A stretch of DNA of 64,000 nucleotides from Enoplolaimus lenunculus (lineage: Eukaryota): NCBI GenBank assembly GCA_030248215.1, contig JASANG010002574.1, positions 1-64,000 on the forward strand, written 5' to 3'. Below the pieces are notes generated by a model that was not told the DNA's origin, did no database searches, and was given only the letters and a program-made list of their open reading frames with translations. The translations under genes and the position numbers were made by a program. Positions 54,401 to 63,997 of this stretch are shown piece by piece (the first letter of the stretch is position 1; the number at the start of each line of letters is the position of its first letter).

Positions 54401-57400
54401 GTTGAGTTTGAAATGAAAATTTTAACAAAAATATTTTGCGGCATTTTACAAGAATGCTCAAAAGCAAAAGATTATCGGTTCCCACATGCCCCAGTAAATT
54501 TTTCACCCCCTCTAATAGGTAAGACTGGCTGACTACCGACTTTAGAAAACCGTTACTGATATTTTTAAATTAATATTTTTATTCTATTTTAGGCTGCTCG
54601 TCGTTAGTACATTCTGCATCGACCTATCGTGCCAATATTAATTGCAACAACAACAGCAATAACAACAACAACAACAACAACAACAACAATAATTATAACA
54701 GTGCAAATATGTTTGGAGTAATAGGAAAAGCTATCGGATGCTTGCAACGATTTCAATTTTCTCCCAATTCTGTTGAAATTGTCTCAACTCGAGTGGGTGA
54801 CAGTGGCTCGTGCTTGGAATTAAATCATAATTCCAGTGCTCCAAGCGGAAGCGGTGTTCGATTTGGCTCCGAGCTTCACTATAATTCAACTGATGCACAG
54901 ATGCCATCGTTGGTTGAACTCAACGAGAGATTTGAAAGATTTGTGGTAAGTTTTAAATGGTACTTAGAAGCTCCAATTCAATTGTACCCTGCAAAAAACG
55001 TGCTAAGACAAAATGAATGACCAATGTATAGAACAGGGCCGGAACAGTAATATAAGCATATTCCTAAGCCTAAGCATAAGCCTAAGCCTAAGTCTAAGCT
55101 TAAGTGTAACAATGACGCTATACCTAAGCCTAAGCCTAAGTTGAAGCCTAAGTGTAAGAATGAGCCTATACCTAAGCCTAAGCCTATGCTCAAGCGTAAG
55201 CCTAAGCAAAAAAATTAGTCAATGCTTAAGCTTACTCTATTACAGCCCCGCCGTAAAACGTTCCGGCCCTGTTCTGTACATGGGCCAGCTGAATTGTTGA
55301 AAAATGGTGTTTTTAGATTCACCGCGAGACTCGAACTTTAATTAATGCTTCGATATGCAAAACTAACTCTCAGCCTTGTGTCAATTACATCTGCGCCCGT
55401 ATTCTCAAATGCGCATAGCACCGATCAAAAATTGATCATAGGCGTTGTAACTTTAGATCTGATTTGTGGTGATTGTCGAAAATTTGCAAATTCTTATGCT
55501 ATAAGTTGGGATCCTGTCGTGCGGAATTTGAGATCCGTTGCTTTGGCTGGTCCATTGTTTTAGGACCAATCACTCTCTGGCAATAGGTGCTGCTGCTGTT
55601 AGGGTTGCGATATACTTTTGTTGACTTCCGGCGCCGTCCGTCTCCCGTAAGGCGCCGTCCGTCTCCCGTGTTGCGCCGGTCGTCTCCCGTCTGGCGCCGT
55701 CCGTCTCCCGTCTGGTGCCGTCCGTCTCCGGTCGGGCGCCGTCTGTCACCGTGCGGTATCGTACGCAAATCTCACGTACGATACCCTGTAATGACGGACA
55801 GTGACGCATGGTGCCGGACGGTTACGGACAGCGCCGTACGGGTGACGGACAGTGACGGACGACGCCGCACGACAAGTATATCGCAACCCTTACGAATGCT
55901 GCTGCTGATCTTGTTTAATTTTGAATTTAAACAACTTCTTCTTGGTCATTTTAATTTGACTAATACGGTAACCGGAATAAATTTCAAGTTGACTGATCAG
56001 ATTTTCCGTAGTTATTATTCAATGTTTATTAATATAAATTTTTAAAATGTCACACTTTTTTCATTTGGTTTATAAACACGATACTTTAATTCAGTCGTTT
56101 CTTTCAATCAAAAATTTAAGTTTTCACTTCTATTAGTTTTCTCATCTTGACGAACTGAATAAGGTAAGTATTTTGAGTTTAAGATTACAGATACAAAAGT
56201 TCAATGTGGATGCATTTGCTCACGAGCAACCGACGCTGATTACATTGAACATTTTAAACGTATCGTTGAAAAACATTAATAAACCTTCAGTTGAACAAGT
56301 TAACACCAATTCGAAGTTAACTGGCACAATCGAGACAGGTTCATAATCTGGAGTTCGTCAGAGTATAAACCCTGCAGTCCAATTCGAAGTTAACTGGCAC
56401 AATCGAGACAGGTTCATAATCTGGAGTTCGTCAGAGTATAAACCCTGCAGTCCAATTCGAAGTTAACTGGCACAATCGAGACAGGTTCATAATCTGGAGT
56501 TCGTCAGAGTATAAACCCTGCAGTCCATGTACCAAGAAATATTTTAGATCCGTTCTGAGGGAACCAGCTATCAAACGAACCTACCGAATCCGCACAAACC
56601 TTTAATGTTTCATTTGAACCCGTAAATTTTAAATTTGTGTCCAACTTTCGAATCGCTCCGTTCGCTAGTTTTGCTAAACTCAAACTTTACTGTAACTCCA
56701 GGTTGCTCAGAAGCTACTCCCAGTTGAAAATCATGGCCGACGCATCTGGATCGATATGGGTATTGAATTATTAAAATTCAATAACTGAAATTTTAATTAA
56801 TATTCAGTATATTTTGTTATTTTCAGAATGAAATGGATATGGATGCCGCTCATCAGGACGTTCTCCTCAATCTTGATCCCGCGAAAAAGTGGAAAATTTT
56901 GCTTGAAGAATATAATCGACAGGTAAAATGCGCTCGCAAAATGTCTTATTTCGTTCGTATTGTTAAACTGCCAATAACTTTCACAAACACTTAGTTTAAT
57001 CAAGAGTGGATGATGCATTAACAAGAGTATGCAATTGGGTATATTCTGTCTAGAAAAGAATGTACCAGCCCGCGTTGCATTTTGGCCGACCCCGCCTTTA
57101 TTTAGAGGGTGGGTACAACCTTTGCGAACTATGACACTTTATGTTTCCGGCAACAAATTACTCCGTTTATAATTTAATTTAGGGTTATTGCTTGTGACAG
57201 CGACCCCCTCTAAGCAAGTGGGGGACGGTCAAAACGCAATGCCGGGTGGTACATTTTACACGGTGCGGAGTCCAAAGAGTTGGACACTCTTCTGTCATGC
57301 ACTCTTGGTGGTTTAATCTAGATTGCATGATACAAGAGTGTGCAGCTCTTGGGCTTTCGCATGAAACACAATGTACCACCGGGCGTTGCGTTGTTGGCCG

Positions 57401-60400
57401 ACCTCTCTTTTTAAGTGGGGGTTGGGTCGCTATTACATGCAATAACTTTAAATTAAACAATGAGCGGAGCACTTTTGATACTGCATACTTAACGTGCCAC
57501 GGTTGGCACAGATTGTACCTCCTGTAAGTAAGGAGGAGTAGATCAAACGCAAAACGTGCCGGGTACATTGTTTCCAACACAGAATGTACTCTTGTTAAAG
57601 TATGCATCATCCGCTCTTGGTTTAATATACCATTTTATAAGTATTGTAAATTCTAAAATAGGCTTGTTTCTTTAAGCGTTTATATATTTTAGCGGAATTT
57701 AAATGAATATTTATGGTTAGTAAGCAATAAGATTTACGATAAGACGAATTTAAATTGGCACATATAAAAACCTAAGATTAGAAACATATACAAAAATGTA
57801 GCCTATAAGATTAGCTCCAAGTCTTAGGCTCCAAGTCTTAGCTTTAGCCTATGATTATTTCCAAGTCTTAGCATTTGCCTAAGCTTTAACATCAGTGTAA
57901 GGGTACACTAAACAAAAACCGAAACCTAAGCCTAAGCTAACCATTCCACTAAATCCTAAGCCTATTTACTTCAATGCAGTTTTGCGATAAAACAGGCTGG
58001 TTCCGAAAGTAACATGAACCGAATGATTATGCAATTGTCTCCATTCAAAATTTAGAAAAAATGTCATCAATCCGTTTAGTTTTTATACGATATAACCTTT
58101 AGCAAACAAAATATCCTAAAGCCCTCTTCACACGTGCAAGTTTTATAAGCAAGAACATGCAGCTGCAACTTGCATAAGTTTCTTGCAACTGTGCAAGTAT
58201 TTGCAAGGACACATCGTTTTCATTGCTTAAAAATGAAAATACCAGCCACGTCACTATCGCAGTAGACTGCGAAATTTCAAACAATTTTGACATTTAAATT
58301 AATTCAAGCTTCTCGAACCAATTCAAAAAATCTGAATTCATTCAGAAGTACTTGAAAACATGTGTTTCGAGTGGCCAACCAAAATGCAGATGCAAGAAAT
58401 TTAAGCGACTTGCAACTGCGTTCACAAGTGGAATTAAATTTAATAGTGCGAATTCCGGCGAACAATTTGCAGCTGCAACAACTTTAAAGTTGTTTTGTGG
58501 CCGAAATTGTACATACAAGTTGTATGTGTAAGCAAAACCTTGCACGTGTAAATAGGGCTTTTGACGTTATAATATGAATATTTTTTATTTTAGGAAAAAT
58601 CCAGACAAGACGTTTCGGTGCAACATTACATTGAATTCCTTGAAATAATTGTTAAGGTAAACAGTATTTATATATGTAGATTATTAGTTCAAATCTACTG
58701 CAGTTTACATTCAATTTTAGTGAAATGATTTTATACTTTAGTGCTGCTACTCTTCAAAATACCACATTTTTAGGTTACATAAATGTTTCCTGGACCAAAT
58801 TAAGTTCAGTACAGAATTTGAATTATCTTTACTACTCAAGTCTGTAAAGAATATTCTTAAAGTAATCAGCTTAAACTGTAGAAAATAATATTTTGAATAA
58901 ATCAAAAATGTGTTGGACACCTGAAGTTGGATTAAAAAATAAATTAAATTTCCAGAACCGAACAGTGAAGGGGGTACCCACGTGAAAGGCGAAATAAATA
59001 TCAGTCACTCTCATCTTATTCGGGTCACTACAGTAAACTAATACAAAAATAAGTCAATTGACATTGGCTTAAACATTGTGCAATGAAATTTATTCACTGT
59101 ATGATGAGGCTATTGATCTTATACAACGTAAAATATACTCGTAAACAATTTTTGGGATTCGCCGAAGTATTAAAATGCGTCCAGGAGTTTGGGGGTGCCT
59201 CCCAAACCTGCCTGCTCCGGCACTGGCAGCAAGTATCCGTTGTGACGCAGTGGGCTAGCAAAGTGGTTTACGAATGGGATCTTTGGTGGCTTTAGCTAGG
59301 TTGTGCTGGTTCGATTCCAAACGGGGGGGCTTTGATTTTTGAAATGGTGTCTACCTTGTGCATACTGAAAATGCAAGGATGATTTTAGAAGAGATAAATA
59401 TTCACAAAGTTATAATACGAAAAACAAAAACAAAACATCGAATCGGATTGTACACAACGTTAAGCAAGCAACGACATGCTATACTGTAAATTCCAACGAT
59501 TTGATTAATCAATTCAGCTAGCGTGTTGGTAATTTCTGAATTAATATAAGTAAACATTAACATACTCTGAGTTGAGTTGATTCTCGCTCTGAGTTGAGTT
59601 GATTTTGGCCGAGTTGATTAATTAACTATTAGAATGAGTTGAATTGAATCAGATTTCGGAGTTCTGATAGCCCTACTCACTGAAATTTACAGTGTATATT
59701 TTTGAAGAGTAGTGGCACCACCATACTTGGATGCTACTTCCACCATCTGCTTTTGCAGAAAACTTACCTCCGGCTCCGAAACGATTTATGCCAAAGCTTC
59801 CGCAATTTTGATTGGTTAAATTAAATCACAAAATCGCATAATATAACTGTGCAATCCATGCTGTTTAATATTGAGTTTTCTCAAATTGTTCACACGGGAC
59901 GTGCGAACTCCGTCTTCCTTACCATTTCAGGGACTGCTTGTTGACAAAATTAACAAAAAACAGCGAAAACTTTGATAAGTTGCATTCTGATTCGAATTTT
60001 GTAGTATTAATATTAATATTTTAGGAAGCGTTGTCGTATTACGAAAACGAAGAACAATGTCAAATGGCGATGGAACGACTTGAAACGCTTAGAATTGATC
60101 TGAGAACTAAACCAAACAGGTAAGAGATAAATGCTGTAATACACTTCAGCTTTTACAGTTTAAGGATCGCGCTATACTTTTGATGACATCCGGAGCCGTC
60201 CGTCACCATCCGTCACCGTCCTGTCACTGTGCAGTATCGTACATGATATACTCGTTTATGATACTGTATGCTAACGGACGGGGGGGCGACAGGACGACAA
60301 ACCCCCGCACAAAAAACCCCCCCCCAATTCTCTCCGCCTTTTAAACAAGAAGTTAATTTCGGCCAGAATTTCGGAAAATACTCAAAAATGAAACTTTTAC

Positions 60401-62445
60401 AAAGTACAGCGCCACCCTAAGTCTCATTCGGCAAAAAAAACCAAAAAAACACCCCCAACGGACTTAGAATATAAGTTAATACTATAAAAATTACCCACCG
60501 CCTCATCGGAAAATACTCAAAAATGAAACTTTTACAAAGTACAGCGCCACCCTAAGTCTCATTCGGCGGCCTTTACAAGAAGTTAATTTCGACCTTAGAA
60601 TTTCTGAAAATACTCAAAAATGAAACTTTTACAAAGTACAGCGCCACCCTAAGTCTCATTCGGCGGCCTTTACAAGAAGTTAATTTCGGCCTTAGAATTT
60701 CTGAAAATACTCAAAAATGAAACTTTTACAGGCTATAACTAACTTGCAAAGGTCACAAAATTTTGTTGCACGCTACGTTTGCCTTAAATATGAGATATAT
60801 TATAGAATAATTTGCCTATGTTGGTAGGCTATAAAAGAGTAGGTTCAGATTCTAGATTACATTTTTTGCTTAGGCTTAGGATTAGGTTTAGGAACACGTT
60901 TTTGCAACGCTTAGCCTTAGGCTTAGGAATACGCTTAACCCCTTCTCACATTGAGTTGCCTGTAGGCAACTCAGCGCAGTGTATATACGTTAAATAGTAT
61001 ATATCGCACCGTGTTTAACAATTGCAACACGTATACATAGTACTAAATCACCACAAGACGTGAGAGCCCCCTCGGGCTCGGGCGTCAAGCTCCTATAGCT
61101 GAGTGGTGATGCTATACGCCTCCCACTCCAGTCACTGGAGTTCGAATCCTAGCATAAAAATAGGTTTCCGGGGAAATGGAAAATCTTCATGTGAGGAAGG
61201 GTTAATCTTCTGTTACGCCGCTGAAAGTAACATTGGCCTATCAATTTGCATAAATTTTTTTATTGATGTAATTTCAGCTTTGTCATCGAATATCTCAATT
61301 CGGGTGGTTTGGTTTTGAATCTTGAAATTTTGAACCATCTTCAAACGGTGTCAGATCGAACGGAGCTTACAGTTTCAGTGTTGGGTTGTATTAAGTCGCT
61401 TTTGAATAATTCTGTAAGTATATAATACATTTTGCATATGAGCATGTAGCTAACTTAACAAGGGCCATGAACCGGGTTCATATTACTTATACAAGTGAGG
61501 TTAAACCTTTTCTGAGGATGGGGTAAAATATTCCAGGGGGGGTGGAAGATGATGGGGGCTGGGCTATCTTCTTGCTACAGACCTGTTTTTACAAAACTGG
61601 CGTACATGATGTCATTATTTTTACACATAATTATCATAATTGGCTTGGCGGAATGTAAGAAATTTAGATATTTTGCTTCTAAATGCATTTCGCTAAGCTA
61701 GCTTACACGCGGTAAATTCTGATGAATTAATTAATTAACTCAGAGAGAGAATTAATAGTTATTTCTGCTTATCTCTGAGTTAATAACAGTAAACATTAAA
61801 TCACTCTGAGCTGGTGTAATTCTTGGTCAATTGATTAATTAACTCAGACTGAGTTAAATCAATTCAAAATTCTGAGTTCTGACACACATCTAATTCAGAG
61901 TTCAGACATTTGACTCCATTCCACTCATTCTGAGTTAAAAGCAACTTACTGAAATTTATAGTGTATAGGTCCCACTGATATAATACAGGTAACAAGGCTA
62001 TCATTCCCAATACACTAAAGGGGGGTACTCTACAACTGGCTCAACGAAATGTTTCGGCAACCTTGAAAAATTATAAAAGCTTAAGCTTACTCTATTGCAG
62101 CCGTACAGAAAAACGTTCCGCCGCTAATCTTTACGGCCGAACATACTGGCTGCACGATTCTTTTTACCAGATTTCCCAGAGTTAAGAACCTCGCTGGAAA
62201 TCGAACCTCGTCTCGCTTGCATCCGAGTCAACCATGCTACCACTGTACCATATGGTCGTTTGCAATCTTGTGATTGCAGTATACTTGCACATTGCATGGT
62301 ATTGTTGCGTTTGCATACACTTACCGTTACATATATACTGGACGTATCATTAATATTTTAGAGTGGTAGATCGTGTGTACTCAGTCATTCTTGTGCAGTC
62401 AAAAATATTGCAGAAGCAATTTACATGGATCATTTAAAGTCGAAG
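28483..62445 (+). CDS. DAAM: DAAM-type formin, N-terminal GBD/FH3 region, 3'-partial; exons 28483-28510, 54593-54945, 56827-56922, 58594-58656, 60025-60119, 61278-61413, 62362-62445
   Basis: Phase-consistent exons give MPSLVELNERFERFV-NEMDMDAAHQDVLLNLDPAKKWKI...HYIEFL...LETLRIDLRTKPNS-FVIEYLNSGGL...LGCIKSLLNNS-SGRSCVLSH...IAEAIYMDHLKSK. This parallels recalled DAAM1 motifs (MPPVEELD..FSELVDELDL, KKWQI, LKTALRTKPMRFV, IGCIKALMNNSQGRAHVLAH). The first exon (MPKVKKKITG) is less certain; ATG 54709 is an alternative start. Confidence 0.9.
28700..28845. repeat. (AAT)n imperfect microsatellite
   Basis: Visible AAT iterations. Confidence 0.9.
29572..29665. repeat. AT-rich near-perfect palindrome (46-bp arms, 2-nt centre)
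   Basis: TGAATATATAATATATGTAAGTATATATTA is mirrored by TAATATATACTTACATATATTATATATTCA. Confidence 0.9.
30567..30747 (+). mobile_element. MITE family A, diverged copy
   Basis: CTTAAGCTTTAGACTA core, degenerate TTAGGC and TACTACTGTTCC end. Confidence 0.75.
30785..30981. mobile_element. MITE family D
   Basis: ACTGCAAAAATGGTGAGTCAAATTGAC...GTCAATTTGTCTCACCATTTTTTGCAGTG, TA-flanked. Confidence 0.85.
33880..34050. repeat. T-rich ~21-bp tandem repeat
   Basis: TTTTATTTTCTTTATTTTTGT-like units. Confidence 0.8.
34566..34817. mobile_element. TA-flanked CACTGTAAATTC MITE family E (GAGTT/AACTC-rich); relatives near 10490, 47565, 51748, 59483 and 61706
   Basis: CACTGTAAATTC...GAATTTACAGT ends and shared internal sequence among copies. 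Confidence 0.78.
35451..35713 (-). mobile_element. piggyBac-like MITE family C with an internal tRNA-derived segment
   Basis: TTAA TSD and 13-bp TIRs CCCTTTCTCACAT/ATGTGAGAAGGGG. Confidence 0.92.
37929..38091 (+). mobile_element. hAT-like MITE family L; relatives near 1610-1755, 3170-3229, 44284-44445 and 54277
   Basis: Ends CGGGCCCATAGTCA/TGGCTACGGGCCTG with exact 8-bp TSD ACCTCATA. Confidence 0.82.
38173..38868 (-). mobile_element. MITE family A interrupted by a nested element (38254-38742) with perfect 24-bp TIRs
   Basis: Family A halves flank GGTCATCCACGTTAAAATGCACGC...GCGTGCATTTTAACGTGGATGACC. Confidence 0.88.
39911..40550. repeat. 40-bp AT-rich satellite, about 16 copies
   Basis: Unit AAATTTAAATTTTTAGATTTGTTAATTTTAAACTTTTTAG. 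Confidence 0.96.
40966..41273. mobile_element. PIF/Harbinger-like MITE family J (GACGG/CCGTC-rich)
   Basis: TTA|GGGTTGCGCTATACT...AGTACAGCGGCACCC|TAA with internal inverted GACGG arrays. Confidence 0.82.
41514..41844. mobile_element. MITE family G (GGCTGGGTTTCTGA TIR, ACTTAAGT-rich); copies at 53373-53733 and a 3' part at 1-75
   Basis: Colinear similarity between copies and inverted ends. Confidence 0.8.
42361..42446. repeat. (AT)n microsatellite
   Basis: Pure AT run. Confidence 0.97.
43804..44001 (+). mobile_element. MITE family A
   Basis: GGCCCATGTATAGAACAGGGCCGG start, exact TSD GAATTTTT, TTAGGC arrays. Confidence 0.92.
48470..48910. repeat. 147-148-bp tandem repeat, about 3 copies
   Basis: CAAGTTGAAAC recurs at 48509, 48656 and 48804 with near-identical units. 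Confidence 0.93.
49132..49437 (-). mobile_element. MITE family B with an internally amplified (GCCTAA)n-GCGTTGCAAAAATGAATTC unit (4 copies)
   Basis: Family B ends and core; four TTGCAAAAATGAATTCCTAAG blocks. Confidence 0.88.
49689..49900. mobile_element. Foldback-type MITE with long imperfect TIRs
   Basis: ATGCAACATCCACAATATCATGCGTACAC is mirrored by GTGTACGCGTGATACTGTGGAAGTTGCAT, and symmetry continues inward. Confidence 0.72.
50114..50438 (-). mobile_element. Two adjacent family A MITEs (50114-50269 and 50287-50438)
   Basis: Two GACCAATGT starts, each with a family core and GCCTAA-like repeats. Confidence 0.85.
50451..50677 (+). mobile_element. piggyBac-like MITE family C
   Basis: TTAA|CCCCTTCTCACAT...ATGTGAGAAAGGG|TTAA. 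Confidence 0.92.
52220..52402 (-). mobile_element. MITE family A
   Basis: TIRs present; imperfect TSD CATGTCCA/CATGTCGG. Confidence 0.87.
55019..55286 (-). mobile_element. MITE family A, long copy
   Basis: GACCAATGTATAGAACAGGGCCGGAAC...GTTCCGGCCCTGTTCTGTACATGGGCC with three GCCTAA blocks. Confidence 0.92.
55602..55889. mobile_element. PIF/Harbinger-like MITE family J
   Basis: Perfect 16-bp TIR GGGTTGCGATATACTT, TTA TSD, internal 21-bp GGCGCCGTCCGTCTCCCGT repeats. Confidence 0.9.
56306..56527. repeat. Perfect 73-bp tandem triplication
   Basis: Three identical units beginning CCAATTCGAAGTTAAC at 56306, 56379 and 56452. Confidence 0.96.
57000..57620. mobile_element. Inverted-repeat element family N; second copy at about 63175-63800
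   Basis: AAGAGTGGATGATGCA/TGCATCATCCGCTCTT inverted ends and long similarity to 63497-63790. Confidence 0.72.
58120..58559. mobile_element. MITE family I
   Basis: AGCCCTCTTCACACGTGCAAG...CTTGCACGTGTAAATAGGGCT. Confidence 0.78.
60164..60730. repeat. Family J element whose right end is tandemly repeated (~97-bp unit)
   Basis: GTACAGCGCCACCCTAAGTCTCATTCGGC occurs at 60404, 60539 and 60636. Confidence 0.8.
60813..61238 (+). mobile_element. MITE family B interrupted at TTAA by family C (60939-61201)
   Basis: Host ACGCTTAA|TCT(A/T)CTGTTACG is split with a duplicated TTAA; the family C TIRs are recognisable at both ends. Confidence 0.92.
62190..62257 (-). pseudogene. tRNA-like relic (Pro-like, CGG); pseudogene or SINE head
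   Basis: Minus strand reads TGGTACAGTGG (A box), CT-CGG-AT loop and GGTTCGATTTCC (B box). The acceptor stem is not intact. Confidence 0.5.
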
Positions 62446-62553
62446 GTAAACTGATATATTGTAATATTTCTAATTTTTGTTCATCTATTTTCTTAACATT
62501 TAATACCGATTCAACCCATTCTTGTATGAATATTTCTAGAATTAAAGATAGTA

Positions 62554-62998
62554 CTGTAGCGACCCGAATAAGACACGGATGGTGATTAGAAGGGGGTCCC
62601 CATTTCGAGTCGCAATCAATAGGAATCCGTATCCCTAATTAGGGTCCGTAAGCGGCTAGAGTCCTTAAACCGTAATTAGAGTCCATAAATGTCAATTATT
62701 TCTAATTTTAGCGCATACATGACTCTAGGAGCAAATAATTTGAGTTCGAAACTTGAAAGCGTACCTAAATTTTGAAACTACATTCCTTAGTGTAATCTTG
62801 TATTATCGCTCAACCTATTGATACAAGACAAATAAACGTTTAATTCAACAGATAGTTGCACTACCGAAATATATCAATAACGAAAGGTGGCGAAGCGTGG
62901 GTTAAAAATAAATAACAGTCCGTAACCGAATAACAGGGGGGTAGCCTCTAGATGGGCCAAATAAATATCAGTCCCCCCTCCCATTCGGGTCACTACAG
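62554..62998 (+). mobile_element. TA-flanked MITE family H
   Basis: TA|CTGTAGCGACCCGAAT...ATTCGGGTCACTACAG|TA. Confidence 0.85.
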
Positions 62999-63801
62999 TA
63001 ACTGAAAATTATTCCATTATTGCTTAGCTTTTGTAGAGAGTTTGCAGTTTTGCAATTTCTAAATGTTGTGCATTCATTTTTAAAATTTTTTACCAGTGTT
63101 CGATGCAATGCCGCCCCAACTCGTATACCATTTTTAATACATTTTTGCAGTTTTCAAACGTAGGTTAAAGTAAGAGTGAATAATAACAAGCGTATGCAAC
63201 CGGGTACATTTTGTGTACAAAAGAATGCACTCAGCAAATGTTGCGTTTTTGTCTGACCTTCTTCCTTTATTTCGGGGAAGGGGAGTACGTTGCACTAATA
63301 TTTTAAATTTAATATCAAGTTGCTCCTATTTTATTCTTCAAGCCTGTGTGTACTGTGTGGTTCAACTGGTGACTACCCGTCTCCTAATCAGGGAGGTCGG
63401 GCAAAAATACAACACACGCTGGCATATACATTTTGTGCTATGCAGAACCGCACTAGTTGTACACTCTTTTCTAATATCATACACTCTTGATTATAGCAAG
63501 AGTGGATAATCGCTATTTAACAAGAGTGTGCAACTGGGCACATTCTGTGTAGAAAAAATGTACCCGGCACGTGTTGCATTTTTGCGCTCCCCCCTTTGTT
63601 TAGAGTGGGGTACAACTGGTGCGAACCATGTCACTTTATGCATGCGGCGTCAAACAAGCTCCCGTTATAGTTTAGTTTAGCGGTATTCATGTGATAGCGA
63701 CCCCCTCTAAACAAAACGGGGTCGATCAAAAACGCAACGCCTGGTAGTAAATTTTGTACCATGGGGTCCCCAAGAGTTGCGCATTATTGTCATCCATGCT
63801 A

Positions 63802-63997
63802 CACAGTAAAAAAGGTGAGTCAAATTGATTCGCTCCGAAATAGGCTCTACGGGACTACACACACTGAATCAAACTCGAATCTGCCAGAGTCAAATTCGAC
63901 TCACTGAATTGCACGTTTGAGCTTGAGTCAACAGTTTGTGTAGCTCCTTAGAGCCTTTTTTGGAGAGAGTCAGTTTGACTCACAATTTTTTGCAGTG
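63802..63997. mobile_element. MITE family D
   Basis: TA|CACAGTAAAAAAGGTGAGTCAAA...TTTGACTCACAATTTTTTGCAGTG|TA. Confidence 0.85.

Noticed and set aside
55499..56045. Long Arg/Gly/Asp-rich ORFs
   Set aside because: They are translations of the 21-bp repeats in the family J MITE.
56306..56527. CRISPR array or tRNA tandem
   Set aside because: The units are identical with no unique spacers, there is no cloverleaf, and the context is eukaryotic.
56557..56570. GAGGGAACCAGCTA resembles an antisense 28S rRNA motif
   Set aside because: Only 14 nt and the flanks do not continue the match; likely chance.
57185..57610. 141-aa Cys/His-rich ORF
   Set aside because: It lies within repeat family N, and I saw no transposase motifs.
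54901..58656. Intermediate-filament coil 1A-like motif (ELNERFERFV..EKSRQ)
   Set aside because: An intervening exon (56827-56922) and the downstream exons match the DAAM formin GBD/FH3 region instead.
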